Positions 1 through 13,743 of a stretch of DNA of 64,000 nt are shown here, in pieces; the first letter of the stretch is position 1, and every line of letters starts with the position of its first letter. The DNA is taken from positions 29,202,001 to 29,266,000 of the forward strand of contig NC_043009.1 in assembly GCF_006345805.1 (NCBI RefSeq), read 5' to 3'. Both the position numbers and the translations under genes were made by a program. The notes beneath the pieces were generated by a model. That model ran no database searches and was not told the DNA's origin. It saw nothing but the letters and a program-made list of their open reading frames with translations. The stretch is from Octopus sinensis (lineage: Eukaryota).

Positions 1-301
1 TTTAAAGCCTCATACCTATTCTATTAGTCACCTTTGTCAAACCAAAAGTTATGGGGATGTAAACACACCAACAATGGTTGTGAAGAGGGACAAACACAAA
101 CAAAAGCACACACACACACATAAATATACATGACAGGCTTCCTTCAGTTTCCACCTATCAAATCTATACACAAGGTTTTGATCAGTCTAAGGCTCTAATG
201 GAAGATACCTGCTTAAAGTGGTGTGCTGTAGGAGTAAGAGTAGGACTGAACCTGGAAGCGTGTGGTTGGGAAGCAAGCTTCTTACCACACAGCCATGCCT
301 G
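1..301 (-). mobile_element. tRNA-derived SINE, family A (partial, degenerate)
   Basis: Reverse complement matches the head (ggctgtgtggtaagaagcttgcttcccaaccac) and body of the copies at 7868 and 32815. Confidence 0.85.
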
Positions 302-479
302 AACTATAATGCTTCAAGTATAGTCCTTTGTCAGGAACGAAAAGAAAATCTAGGAGAGACAAGAAAGAGAAAGAAGAAAAAAGAAAGCAAGGGAAAAAAT
401 GCATGTGGGTTTGAACCCAGGTACTTTCTCTTTCTCTTCTTTATCTGTAAGACTATTTCCAGTACAAGGCTATCAACTT

Positions 480-960
480 CATATCGTTTTGTCCAATAAT
501 TTGTCATAGTCCTTTTTTAGTTCTTCTACCCATACAACTAATTTGTTTTGCTTCAGATTTTGCCCTCTTATAAACCCCCATTAGCTTTCAACTTATCTTC
601 CTGAAAAGGTGGAGGTCTTTTACAGAGATTTAACCATTTCCATTGAAACTGAAAAAGACTGACTTCAAGTCTCTGACAAAAGATCTGTTTAGCATTTGGT
701 GTTTATAATAAACAGATTTGTATTTTAGTTCTTCAGCTGTGGAGGTGAGTTATTGTTTCAGCTGATGTAGTGATGTAGTTTAGGGTTTCAATTCCTGAAT
801 GTTCTGACTGGTTTTCTAATTTCTGTTTTAAATATTTCCGATGTTTTGCAAAAGATTTTGTCTGTTTTAGATTTTGCATCTACAAGATTCTGTGAATTTT
901 ATTTTTTAAGCTACACATCAACCCTGGCTTAAGATGTTTGCCAGCGTTTTGCTTGTGAAG
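480..960 (-). mobile_element. Heavily decayed non-LTR retrotransposon fragment, possibly R4/Dong-like region upstream of RT
   Basis: Minus-strand translation gives KYKSVYYKHQMLNRSFVRDLKSVFFSFNGN and VWVEELKKDY, loosely like R4/Dong ORF segments; contains stops. Judged by eye. Confidence 0.3.
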
Positions 961-1305
961 CTTCAGTTCCCTCTGATGAGTTAACAATGTGGTTTGTTAT
1001 GGGTTGTTAACACACGTATCAAGAGGCTGACATGTTTGTGTGTGTGTGTGTGGTGTGTGTGTGTGTGTGTGGTGTGTGTGTATGCGTGTGTGTTCGTGTG
1101 TGTGTAAGTATGCATGTATATTGATATGTATGTGTATATATGTATATATGCATTTGTATATATATATATATATGTTTATATATGTGTGTATGTAAATGTA
1201 TATACATATATGCATGTATGTATATATATGGATGTATAAGGTACATGCATCTGCATGCATGAGTGCATGCAAGTATATGTATATATATGTTAGTGTGTGT
1301 GCATG

Positions 1306-1339
<34 letters not shown>

Positions 1340-1477
1340 TATATATACATGTATATACATATATATATACACATATACACACCACACACATATATATATA
1401 TGTATGTGTATATATATATAATATATATATATATAATATATATATATATATAATATATATATATATATCTACATATG

Positions 1478-1519
<42 letters not shown>

Positions 1520-1944
1520 ATGTATATATATTTATATATCTATATATATATAATATGTGTATATGCATATTTGTATGTGTGTGCATATATGTATATATAT
1601 CAGGAAAGACAGAGAAAGAGAGATACAGAAAGATAGAGAAAAATAGAGAGGTTGCTTCTAAGATGTTTGCTGAGTTAAATACTCCATCACCTCAAGTCTT
1701 GGAATCAAATCATAGAACAGAAATGGATGAAAGATTTTACCAAACTGAAATAACTCTAAAGACAGACATGGTGAACTAAAACAAACAGGTTCCAGAACCA
1801 TGATTCTTTGAAATCTTTCAAACAGCAAAATCAACAAGAGAACCTGTGCATGGCTGCAGGATCTTCTAGAAACAGCAGTCAAATCTTACTCAAATCAAAC
1901 TCTATTGTCTTCAAGCAAGTGTATAGTACACATTGTGGACTTAA

Positions 1945-2297
1945 GCACACTGTGTCTGATAAAAATGGCACCTCCTGACCGGCCCCTGTGCTGGTGGCAT
2001 GTAAAAAGCACTATCCAAATGTGGCTAATGCCAGCACTCCATGACTTGCTCCTGTGCCAGTGGTATGTAAAAAACAATATCCGGACTTGATCAAAGCCAG
2101 GCCCACCTGACTGACTCCTGTGCCAGTGGCATGTAAAAAGCATCCACTACAATCTCAGAGTGGTTGGTGCTAGGAAGGGCATCCAGCTGTAGAAACATTG
2201 CCACATCAGATGGTGCAGCCACTGGTTCTCCAGACCTCAGTTAAACCGTCCAACCCACCCCAGCAGGGAAAACGGACATTAAACAATGATGATGATG
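1945..2297 (+). mobile_element. SINE family B (ggaagggcatccagctgtagaaac core, (GAT)n tail)
   Basis: Repeated gtgccagtggcatgtaaaaagca units, then the core motif and a tail ending aacaatgatgatgat; many copies in the window. Confidence 0.85.
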
Positions 2298-2299
2298 AT

Positions 2300-2500
2300 C
2301 AGAGTTGGGTAGGGGGTTAAGCAACAAAGGAATGTTTATTGAGCCAAAGGGAAAGACTCTACATGTTCATGAGAAAAACACTTCATTTCACGTTGCTCCA
2401 GTCCACTCAGCTGGCAAAAATGAGTAATGCTGCAATGGACTGGCGTCCCGTCCAGCTGGAGAACACATATGCCATTGAAACCAGGAAAGCAGGCTTATGA
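2300..2500 (+). mobile_element. Degenerate tRNA-derived SINE, family D
   Basis: Shares gagc-aaagcacttcatttcacgttgctcc with 6355-6650 and 35805-35920. Confidence 0.55.
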
Positions 2501-2598
2501 GCCTGGCTAGGCTTTAAAAAGTCGTACTTACTTTTTGTCATATATATATATATATATGTATGTATATACATGTGTGCGTGTGTGAGTGAGTATGAACA

Positions 2599-2662
<64 letters not shown>

Positions 2663-2880
2663 ATATTCTGCATAAATTAAGAAATGGTGATGGATGAAAA
2701 TTTGTTTGTGAATACAATTTTAAGTTTACACCATATATATTGACTATGGAAAATAGTTGAATAGTGTGGTATAAAGAGCTATGACACAAAAATAAAAATG
2801 GGTTTTAGTACACATGGGAATTGAACTTATTTTCGCAATAAGTGTGCTACCAATTATACCAACCATACCATCAATATATA

Positions 2881-2924
<44 letters not shown>

Positions 2925-3532
2925 ATGTGTGTTGTGTGGTGTGTGTGTGTGTGTGTGGTGTGTTGTGTATGTAAGAATACATATGTATACATATACACAC
3001 ATATGTACACACACATATATACAAACACAGGGATTATAGATAGATAGATAGATACATACATACATACATACATACATACATACATACATACATACATACA
3101 TACATAGTTAGATAGATAAACAGAGGGATGTACCATATTTGCTAATGTGAGAAAACATTTAAGATTCACCTCAGTTAAGGACCTTTTCTTTACCCACACA
3201 CCTATAAACTTAAACGTTTGTGTTTTTAAGACCCAAGCTGATTTTCTGGGACATTCAAGCCTTGTAAACTGTCAGACATAGCACACATCCATCCACACAT
3301 TATCTATCTATATATATTTTTATGTTCCAATGGATCTTTATCTCTCACTGGATGGACTACATCTTTGTTGATCTTACCTTAACAGGAACAGTAAACTATG
3401 TATGTATATATATATATAATATATATAATATATAATATATATATATATAGATAATATATATATATATATATAATATAATATTAAATATATATATATATAC
3501 ACACACACACATATATATATATAGATAGATAT

Positions 3533-4345
3533 AAGTTAGCCTTGATTAACTCTCACGCGACTCTGCATCTTTCTTTCTTTCTCTCCCATTCCCTTTTTCG
3601 TCCTTTTTCCCTCACTTAACTTGTCTCTTCCTCTCTCTCTCATTCTTCATTCTCTCTCTCCCCCTCACCATTCTTCATGGTCTCCTCGCACCATTCCCCT
3701 TCTTCTCTCTCTTCCTCTTGCTCCTCCTCCCCCATTCCCGTCGTCCATCTGCGACGATACTTCCGTCGTAACTGCTATCCTGTCTTTTCTCGCCCGCCTT
3801 ATAAGGCCACTGGTCGACATTCTTTCTCTCTCGTCGTCCACTATAATCCAGCGTTTGCATTACTTTTTTCGTCTGGCGTAAACAGCCCTTCTATCTTGTT
3901 CTCCTTGTCCTGTCTCTCACTGTTATATATTATTTTTCAACTGTTTATATATAATTTTTTTTTTTACTGTTTATATGTTTGTACTGTCGTTACCGTCTTG
4001 TTTTTTTACCATTTTTTACCCCTCTGTGAAAAGATCTCAGAATTTTAATTGATTTGCTTTTCGCAGGAAGGAAGTTTCTTCGAAGTATACGTCTCGCTTT
4101 TATCCTTCGAAACGTAGAGTAGATGACCTTAGCGACTGAAGAAGGGGATTTTTCGTTGTGCTTATTGTCCTGTATCTCTTTTTTTTTTGCTTGTCCTGTT
4201 CCTTGGTTGTGTCTATGTTTTTCGTCTCTCTATGTGTTCGACGTCTTTTTGGTGTCTGTACACATATATGCGTGTATATGTACATGTAGAGGTAGGTACG
4301 TAACATATATGTTTATATATATGCATATGTTCTATTTTATTAACA
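3533..4345. repeat. Young ~850-bp-unit dispersed/tandem repeat, copy 1
   Basis: Near-identical to 30093-30740 and 30790-31580; differences are mostly small indels. Confidence 0.9.
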
Positions 4346-6354
4346 TATATAGCTATATACATACATACATATATATTATATATATATACAGACATACATA
4401 TATATATACATACATACATACATATAATATATCATACATACATATATATATATACATACATACATACATATATAATATACATACATACATATATATATAT
4501 ACATACATACATATTATCTTATATATATATATACAACATCATACATATATATATACACACATATATATATATATACATACATATATATATATATACCCAG
4601 ACATTAGGACGTACTATATACATGTCATTATCTGAGACAGATGATATCCATCCACCCCCATTACCTGTCTTTCAATGTTGTTTTATCATTTCTTTAACAA
4701 TTTAGGTATAATGTTCTATGTGTGTGATAGCATGTGACAGTGTGTATGTGATAGTGCTATGTGTGTGTGTGTGAGTGTGTGTGTGAATGTGTGTGATTAC
4801 GTGTCACTTTACAAGAAAGTGAAATGAACTTGTGGCAATGAATGTATATGCATGACAATGTGTATGCGTGTGGCAGAGTGTTTATGTGTGTGTGTGTGTT
4901 GTGTGTGCATGCACATACCTGTATATGTGAGTACGTGTGAGAATATATGTATATATATGTATGGATGCACGCATGTATTTATCTATAGATAGATGGATGT
5001 ATGAATATATAGGTATGCATATGAAAAAGAGAGAGAAGAAAGAGAGTGTGTGTGTGTGTGTGTGTGATTTTGTTGTCTGTTTTATGGAAGTCAGTCGAAT
5101 TACAAGTCGGAAACAGCTGAGTAAACGTCCATTGCAGTGTTTCTCGATGTAAAATATCACCACAGCAGAGGCAATGGAGGTGGTGGTGGTGGTGGTGGTG
5201 GTGGTGGTGGTAGTGGTGGTGGTGGTGGCACTGTTGATAGTGGAGATGGTGATGGTGGTAGTAGTGGTGGCATTAATTAAATATATAAAACAACAGAGTT
5301 TTGTAGTGTTTGGCATATTTATTGAAGGTTTGGATGTGGGAGTCTAAGGAAGAGGACGAGGTTGACTTGACGTAGGATGGAAGAGTGACAGACGTTGGGA
5401 AGAAGAGTTTAGAGGTATTTTGTTTAGAATACTTCTCTGGTATTAAATAATGAGAAAACACCATCACAAACAATAGCAGCAGTAGTAGTAGAGTTTAGAG
5501 TATTTTATCTTTCACCTTCTAACTCTTATTTGTTTCAGCCATTAGACTGCGGCCATGCTGGGGCTCCACTTTGAAGAATTTTAGTGAAAGAAATTGACTT
5601 TGGTACATAATCTTTTTAAGCCAGGTACTTATTGCACAGTACCACCACGGTTACTATTACTACTATGACCAACGGCCACTGCTACTACTGCTATTACGGC
5701 CAACAGTCATTTTCACGATTACAGCCAATGAATCTAGTCAAAGCACAAGATAGCCATTATGCTCCCCCCTCCAAAAAACACCACCACATGGACTCTGTTG
5801 AGACTAGTAAGAAACATTTATGAACTTTTTTATTACACTTAACTTTTAAAATTATTTTTGATAACGATTGTTTTTTCAAGACGAACTGAAACATGTAAAA
5901 TCTCTAAGAAAATTAAAATTTATCTTATATAGTGGCATTTTCAAACTTTTTTGTTATAAATATATACCTACTCGTATGCCACTTTTTAAACATACATACA
6001 TAAACACATATATATATATTCGATATATTATACAATATTCATATTTTATATCTCTGAAGAGCAGAAGAGTTGTCTATAAATGCTTATCAATATAGGATTT
6101 CATTATAGGGACAACTCTTCTGTGAATCAATCATGAGATGCTTAATTAGTTAATTCAAAATTTTAAACTATCAAATTTATTTTATACATTATATTTATAT
6201 TTTTATATTTAATTATTTTATATATATTCTTAATACAATAAGTTCTCTCACATGGGTATATCTTTATGAAGAGTTTGGATATTAATTTCCTTATATTATT
6301 ATTATTAATAATAATAATAATATATTATTAAAAAAATCTATCTATCTATCTATA

Positions 6355-6650
6355 TATATATGGCTTAGTGGTTAGTGTGTTGCACTCACAATTGTGAGAT
6401 CGTGAGTTCAATTGCCAGACTGGGCGTTGGATTGTGTTCTTGAGCAAAGCACTTCATTTCATTGCTCTGGGATCATTTTGACATCTGACATGTGGTGCCC
6501 ATTTGCACCTGTACAGGTAATGTTGATTTGATGGAGTGAGTGAGCTTATGTCTACACAAACATTTGTTCACTATAAACAAATAATCTGTGTGATTGTTCT
6601 GTGAGAAATTGTCGAACCCTCATACATTGTCTGAGGACAGGAGAGTCCAT
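6355..6650 (+). mobile_element. tRNA-derived SINE, family D
   Basis: A-box-like tggcttagtgg and B-box-like gagttcaattgcc, followed by the family D body. Confidence 0.75.
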
Positions 6651-6804
6651 TATATATATATATAATTTAAATTTATTGCTTTTTCTTTTGTCTTGCTTGA
6701 TTACGTTTTGGTTGTTTTGCTAAATTTTTCTTGAGAACATTTCTTAGTGGTAAGACCTTAGCGGATCTATTTCTAGCATAAGGGTGTCAACATAGTGGTT
6801 TCCC

Positions 6805-6853
<49 letters not shown>

Positions 6854-6979
6854 GCACTAAGTCCACTTTGTTAAGTGGTTGGCGTTATGAAGGCCATCCA
6901 GCTGTAAAAATCCTACCAAAACAGTTACAGTAGTCTGGTGCAAGTGTATTAGTTTAATGCTCAGGAAAAATGGCAAAGT

Positions 6980-7015
6980 CTTTTATCTTTCAAGCCTACG
7001 CTCTTCGACAGAAAG
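6980..7015 (-). ncRNA. Degenerate minimal hammerhead-like motif
   Basis: Minus strand CUUU CUGUCGA A GAGC-GUAG-GCUU GAAA GAU A AAAG; A6 is U and stem III is broken. Confidence 0.35.
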
Positions 7016-7267
7016 GACTAAGAGGAAATAAATAGAGAGAGGATGAGAAAAACATATTGAGTCCAGTGGTCCAACAGGGAATCCAGCTGTAGAAACCATG
7101 CCAAATCAGACTGGAACCTGGTGCAAGTCTTCAGCTTGTCAGGTCCAGTCAAACTGTCTAACCCACACAAGCATGGAGAGTGGACATTCAATGATGACGA
7201 TGATGATGATATATATATATATATGTATATATATATGTATAAACAATTATAAATAAGGTCAAAAGAT

Positions 7268-7430
7268 AAAAATTTCCATGCTAAAATGCTGAAAAACTAG
7301 ACTTTACATCGTCTAACCGTATACAATATTTTTCACTATAAATAAACAGCGTGTATTTATAGTGAAAAATATTATATGTGGTCAGATGATATAAAGTCTA
7401 TTTTTTTCAGCATATTGGAATAGAAATTTT
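7268..7430. repeat. Foldback element (~75-bp imperfect arms, 9-nt loop)
   Basis: aatatttttcactataaata-aacagcgtg-tatttatagtgaaaaatatt at the apex; pairing extends outward to aaaatttcc/gaaatttt. Confidence 0.8.
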
Positions 7431-7677
7431 TCTTTCTTTTGTCCTTATTTATAATTCTTTATAATGTTCACCTTAAAAGGTATTTTAATATGCTAGCCAC
7501 TCATAAAATGTTTTTTTAAAAAAATTTTATCCTTATATTAGAAGTATATATATGTATATTATATTATATTGTGTATATATATATATGTGTGTATATATAT
7601 ATTATATATATATATATATATATTATATATATTACATATTTATATATACACACGCACATATATATATATATGTATAT

Positions 7678-7774
7678 GTACTATTGGTTTCATGTTAAGA
7701 AGAATATCTTAATATCTTAACAATTTAAGATATTAAGCCATTAAGATATTTCTCTAACATGAAACCTATGGTAC
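7678..7774. repeat. Short foldback element
   Basis: ggtttcatgtta pairs with taacatgaaacc; atcttaa-caat-ttaagat at the apex. Confidence 0.7.
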
Positions 7775-7867
7775 AACGGGAGTTTTAATGCACAAATAAA
7801 GAAATTTTATTTACCAATGTGGTGTTGAGCACTCACTCTCATTGTTCAACATTTACGTATCTATATA

Positions 7868-8042
7868 GGCGCAGGAGTGGTTGTGTGGTCAGTAGCTTGC
7901 TTACCAACCACATGGTTCTGGGTTCATTCCCAGTGCATGGCACCTTGGGCAAGTGTCCTCTACTGTAGCCTCGGGCTGACCAAAACCTTGTGAGAGGATT
8001 TGGTAGTTGGAAACTGAAAGAAGCCCATCATATATATATGTG

Positions 8043-8097
<55 letters not shown>

Positions 8098-8283
8098 CTG
8101 TGTCTGTGTGTGGATATGTTTGTATGTCTGTGTTTGCCCCCCCCCATATCATTTGACAACTGATGCTGGTGTGTTTACGTCCCTCATAACTTAGAGGCTG
8201 ATAGTATAATTACTAGGCTCACAAAGGGTAAGTCCTGGGATAAATTTACTTGACTAAAGGCAGTGCTCCAGCATGGCAGCAAT
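7868..8283 (+). mobile_element. tRNA-derived SINE, family A, near full length
   Basis: Head ggcgcaggagtggttgtgtgg, B-box-like gggttcattccc, central ccttgtgagaggatttggtagttggaaactgaaagaagccc, tail gtgctccagcatggc. Confidence 0.9.
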
Positions 8284-9259
8284 GTTAGAATGGTACAGAA
8301 GTACCTTGAATTCAGATCCCATGTCATTACACAGTGCTTTGAAGATGTGGTGCTTCATACCATTATTTCGCATGTAGTTCACACATTCAACTACAATTTC
8401 TAATATTTCTGCCAGTTTTGGAGGCAAGGATTTTGTTACCAACACATGTCTGTGCAGAACACAATGCATAATAATGATGTGTGTGGTGCATTGGATTTCA
8501 CCAGTGCTCCAAAACCAGAGTGTTGCCCCAGCATAGCTGGAGCTCCAACTGAATAAAGTGCAGAAACCATATTCCATGAAAACCCACTGTCTCTGAAAAA
8601 GTCATCCATGAGTTTCTTCACATTAGCTGCCTTGGTTGTTGTTGTTGTAAGAGGCTTACACAATTTTAAAAATCTTCCTTTATCACATCATCTTTCACAT
8701 AGTGCACAAATACAACAAGCTGGCTTTGACTAGAAATGTTAGCGGTCACATCGATTTGGAGGCTGAATTTTGCAGGGCTTGAAATCAGATCTGCAACTAC
8801 TTGAGCCACGAAGTCATCGCCCATGTTGTATATTCTGCTTTTGATCATGTCATTTGAAAGAGGAATTTGGGATAACCTATCTTGAGCAACTTTTCCCACT
8901 ATGATATTCACCATCTTCAATAAAGCTGGTTTTATGAGTCTTTTACCAATGGTGTGTGGTTTGCCCTGCTTTGTGATCAGGTACACAACTTCATATGATG
9001 CTGAGAGGATCGGTTTCTCGATGGATACAAAACTGAAAACAGGCAGAGTAGTCTTTTCATCGAGCATTGTGTTCTTGTATTTCCCATTTCCATGCAGCTT
9101 TAGGAAGTGTACCCTTAGCTTTGCCAGTGCTAGACTAGAATTGCTTATCTTGGCTTTGCAAATAATGCATTGAGGATGCTGACTCCCATCACATTCCTTT
9201 ATCCACGTGAATCCATATTGTATGTATTCATCCAACCGATTCCTTTTTTTTATCGACAT
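8284..9259 (-). pseudogene. hAT-superfamily (Buster/Charlie-like) transposase pseudogene, C-terminally truncated
   Basis: MSIKKR..PQCIICK..HFLKLH (BED-like), KPHTIGKRLIKP, FSLQIDVTANIS (degenerate DE), HCVLHRH (CxxH); frameshifts near 8665 and 8500-8580. Confidence 0.9.
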
Positions 9260-9270
9260 AGTATGAAAGT

Positions 9271-9445
9271 ACAGTTCTATATTTAAGAGATGAGGAATTA
9301 TGTACATTATTTACATTTGATGGATATTTGTCCTCATTTTGTTTGTTGTTAACACAATGTTTCTGCTGATTTACCCCCAGCCTTCATCAGGTGTCTTAGG
9401 GAAACTTTGAACTTGGGTTCTCATTCCTAAGGTATTTTTCAATGT
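9271..9445 (-). mobile_element. HHR-bearing SINE-like element (family E), 3' part; HHR at 9351-9395
   Basis: Minus strand GACAC CUGAUGA AGGCUG..CAGCA GAAAC AUU GUGUU plus the shared tail ending aaatatagaactgt. Confidence 0.85.
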
Positions 9446-9932
9446 TATTGTTATTATGATATAATGATGATGATAATGATGATGATAACGATGATGTTTA
9501 TGATGACGATGCTGCTGCTGCTGATGAAGGCAATGAAGATAAGGATAATGTTGGTGATGATGGCGACGATGGTGATGATAACGACGATGACGACGATGAT
9601 AATGATGATGATGATGATGAGTGGACTGCAGCAATGTGAAATGATGTGTTTCGCCCAAGAACACAATGTACTGGGGATTGAAACTGCAATCTTGCAATTG
9701 TCATTGCAATAATGCTCTAATCCCTACGCCCCATGTTCTCCATAGCCTAAATGCCACAAGGCATTTCCTCCAACACCGTAATGGTTCTCTTAAGGATTAC
9801 ATTTCTATACATGTTCTCCAAAATGTCCTTAATTCCTGTTCCAAGAAAGGAAACTCTTGATGTATTTCTCAAACCTTGAATAAAAGAGGTAATAACATTC
9901 ATAACAACGATATTAATAACAACAACAACAGC

Positions 9933-9965
<33 letters not shown>

Positions 9966-10031
9966 ATTGGTAATAACGATAGCATTCATAATGATATAAT
10001 ATGAATAACAATAGTAATAATAAAAATAATG

Positions 10032-10079
<48 letters not shown>

Positions 10080-10268
10080 TGCCTGGTGTACCTTTATCAG
10101 ACGGGTAGTCATGATGGGTATATTGGGCTTCGTATATTTTACCCCAGTGTCACTTTGATGGCATGAACTGCTCTCTCACTCAATAATAATAATAATAACA
10201 ATAATACTATTGGTAATAACGATAGCATTCATAATGATATAACATGAATAACAATAATAATAATAAAG

Positions 10269-10319
<51 letters not shown>

Positions 10320-10345
10320 TTGATAATAATAATAGTAATAATAAT
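9445..10345. repeat. (GAT)n/(AAT)n low-complexity block with an internal duplication (~9935-10075 vs ~10185-10340)
   Basis: aatactattggtaataacgatagcattcataatgatata occurs twice. Confidence 0.85.
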
Positions 10346-10879
10346 GAACTTGAAGAATTAGAAGAAAACGAAGCTAGGATAACAAATTGATGTTTGACAG
10401 GATGCAGCTGCCAAAACAGCTTGAGTTTCTTGGTAAATTATTCATTATAAATGAATAAATAACATTGACCCAAGATGGAGCTCTTGTGGTGCTAAGGAGT
10501 GTGTGTGTGTGTGGATGGATGGAAGTGTGTATAGGTGTGGGAGAAGTGGTTAATATAGTGAGTATGTAGATGGAAAAGTGGTCAGAATGGAACCATGGGG
10601 TTGGTGTTGTGCAAGTATGTGTGTGCGTGTGTATATGGATGTATGTGTTTTCTTTAAGGGGCTGGGGGTCAGTCAGGAGCTTGGAAGGGTGAGTAGAGAT
10701 AATGATAGTGGCAACTGGAGTAGGGTGTCTAGGTGGGAGAGGGGTCAGAAAAGAACCCCCACCACCACCAGAGTGAGTGGGGTGGAATTGGGGGTTGGTG
10801 GTAGTACATGAGGGGGTTCAGATAAAAGGAGGAGATGTAAGCACCCAAGCAAGGGCAAGTGAGTTTTGCTAATAATAAT

Positions 10880-11095
10880 AATAATCCTTTCTATTAAAGG
10901 CACAAGGCCTGTAATTTGGAAGGTGGGGCAAGTCGATTATATCAACCCCAGTACTTGACTGATATTTATTTTATTGACCCCCAAAAGGATGAAAGGTAAA
11001 GTCAACACCAGAGGAATTCTAACCCAGGGCATGAATAAAGACGAAATGCCTCTAAGAACTTTGTCCAGCACCCTAATCATTCTGCCAGCTTAATA
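10880..11095 (-). mobile_element. SINE family C (Deu/Nin-domain-like)
   Basis: Minus strand gttgactttacctttcatccttttgggggtcaataaaataaa, resembling the Deu/Nin central domain as I recall it. Confidence 0.75.
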
Positions 11096-11172
<77 letters not shown>

Positions 11173-11369
11173 GATAATGATAATAATGATAAGAATAATA
11201 ATGATAATGATAATGATAATAATAATGATGATGATGATGATGATGATGATGATAATAATAATAATGGCTTCAAAGGCCTGCAGCTTTGGGGAAAGGATTA
11301 AGTCACTAATATCAACCCACCCCACCCCCATCCCACTGCCACCTAATGGTCAAAACTGGTAATTGCTTT

Positions 11370-11485
11370 ATTGATCTACTCCCCCCCCTCTCCCGAAGAA
11401 TGAATGTCAAAGTGAAACTCGGCAGAATTTGAACTCAGGACAGGGACAGATGAAATGTTGCCGAGCATTTTGTCCAGCATCATAA
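11370..11485 (-). mobile_element. SINE family C, partial
   Basis: ggcagaatttgaactcag (B-box, minus strand) and gccgagcattttgtccagc head. Confidence 0.7.
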
Positions 11486-11590
11486 TTATGATGATGATGA
11501 CGACGATGATGATGATGACGACGATGATGATAACAACGATGATGATGATGATGATGATGATTATGATGATGATGATGACGATGATGGTGG

Positions 11591-11634
<44 letters not shown>

Positions 11635-11647
11635 ACGATGATGATGG

Positions 11648-11682
<35 letters not shown>

Positions 11683-13274
11683 GTGGTGATGATGACAATG
11701 ATGACGATGATGATGATGATGATGTTGATGATGATGATGATAATAATGGCAATGATAATAATGATGATGATGGTGGTGATGATGATGATGACAACGGTGA
11801 TGATGACAATGTTGATGATGAATTTATTTTCTTTAAGGGAGGGTATGTCAGTCAACACTGTTGATTTCAGTACTTTACTGACAATTTAATTTAAACTCAT
11901 AATGGGGAAAATAATAGTTTCTGGTTCAGGCTGATGGCATGCAATTTTGGAGGAGTGGGGACAGCCATTTATGAACGTCAGTATTGGACTGATACTTTGG
12001 TATATTGATCCCAGAGGAGGACAGATAAATGTGACCTGGGCAGGATTTGAACTCAGGACACATTGATCTGCTAGTGCTAGTGGTAGCATAAATGGCAATT
12101 GTGCCAGTGTTGGTGATGGTGATTGCCATGATTGTGGTGACAGTGGTCGGGGTGTTGATGGGGATGGTTGCGGTAGAGGTATCGGGAGTGGTGATGACGG
12201 TGAGCATTGGGGGTGGTACTGGTGTTCGTTGTGTTGATAGAGGTGTTGGTGGCATTGGATGGTAGTTTTGATGGTGGTGGTGGGACGTGTGTTAATTATG
12301 GCATGACAATAAGGTGGGGGAGGTCAGAGAAAATATGCCTTCATTTCTATGCATATTCAGTTACATATATATATATATACATACATATATACACACATAT
12401 ATACATACATGTTTATACATACATACATATGATACATATATATATTTATATACATATATATATTTATATATATACATACATATATACACACACACACTTA
12501 TATATATGTATGTATGTATTTGTATATATAAAATCATTAAATATTAATTACAGAGAGACTTTTTGAACACCCTGTATATGTATATCTATATATATGTGTA
12601 TGTATATGCATATAAATATATATGTCTGTGCGTGTGTATGTGTATATATATATATATATATATATACGTGTGTGTGTGTGCACATAGATGCATATATATA
12701 TATATGAGTGTTTGTGTATAGATGTATGTATTTATATACATATATATGTGTACATATATATACATACATACATACATACATACATACATACATGTATGTC
12801 TATGTATATATCAGTTGATTCTTTCCAATTTGAAATCTGTAACAGAATAATAATAAAAGATAAACATTTCTAGGTTAAAAATTAATGAGGTTGTCATCCC
12901 CTTTCCACTCCCTAAATTTACAATAGTAATGCAACATGAGAATTTGTGTATATTAGGGATTTTTGTTAATTGCATATGAGTGCATGTGAGTGGATGGGGT
13001 GCATGTCTGTTATACAGTAAATAAACACACTGGGTGCATAGATATTGATGTAGACAAGAAATTACTATATTTTCTTCCCACAGATACTTGCATATATGTA
13101 TGACTGTATGTGTGTGTGTGTGTGTGTGTATAATTATGTATACATACATAGAAATAAATACATATATATATATGTCTTTATATATGTGTATGTGTGTATA
13201 ATTGTATATACATAAACATAAATACATATGTATATGTTTACGTGTGTGTACATACATAAATATAAATACATATT

Positions 13275-13470
13275 CTTTTCTTTTACTCTTTTATTCTTTT
13301 ATTTGTTTCAGTCATTTGACTGCGGCCATGCTGGAGCACCGCCTTCAACTCCAGGACTTATTCTTTGTAAGCCTAGTACTTATTCTCTCAGTCTCTTTAC
13401 AGGAATGTAAAAACACACCAGCATCGGTTGTCAAATGTTGTTGGGGGACAAACACAGACATGCAATCATA

Positions 13471-13543
<73 letters not shown>

Positions 13544-13544
13544 T

Positions 13545-13576
<32 letters not shown>

Positions 13577-13743
13577 AATATATATATACATATATGACGG
13601 GCTTCTTTCAGTTTCCCTCTATCAAATCCACTCACAAGGCTTTGGTTGGCCCAAGGCCATAGCAGAAGACACTTGCCCATGATCCTATGCAGTGGGACTG
13701 AACCTAGAACCATGTGGTTGGTAAGCAAGTTACTTACCACACA
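13275..13743 (-). mobile_element. tRNA-derived SINE, family A, full length with internal (TA)n
   Basis: Colinear with 32815-33248. Confidence 0.9.

Noticed and set aside
1640-1925. Possible R4/Dong RT remnant
   Set aside because: Similarity is too weak and broken by stops to support by eye.
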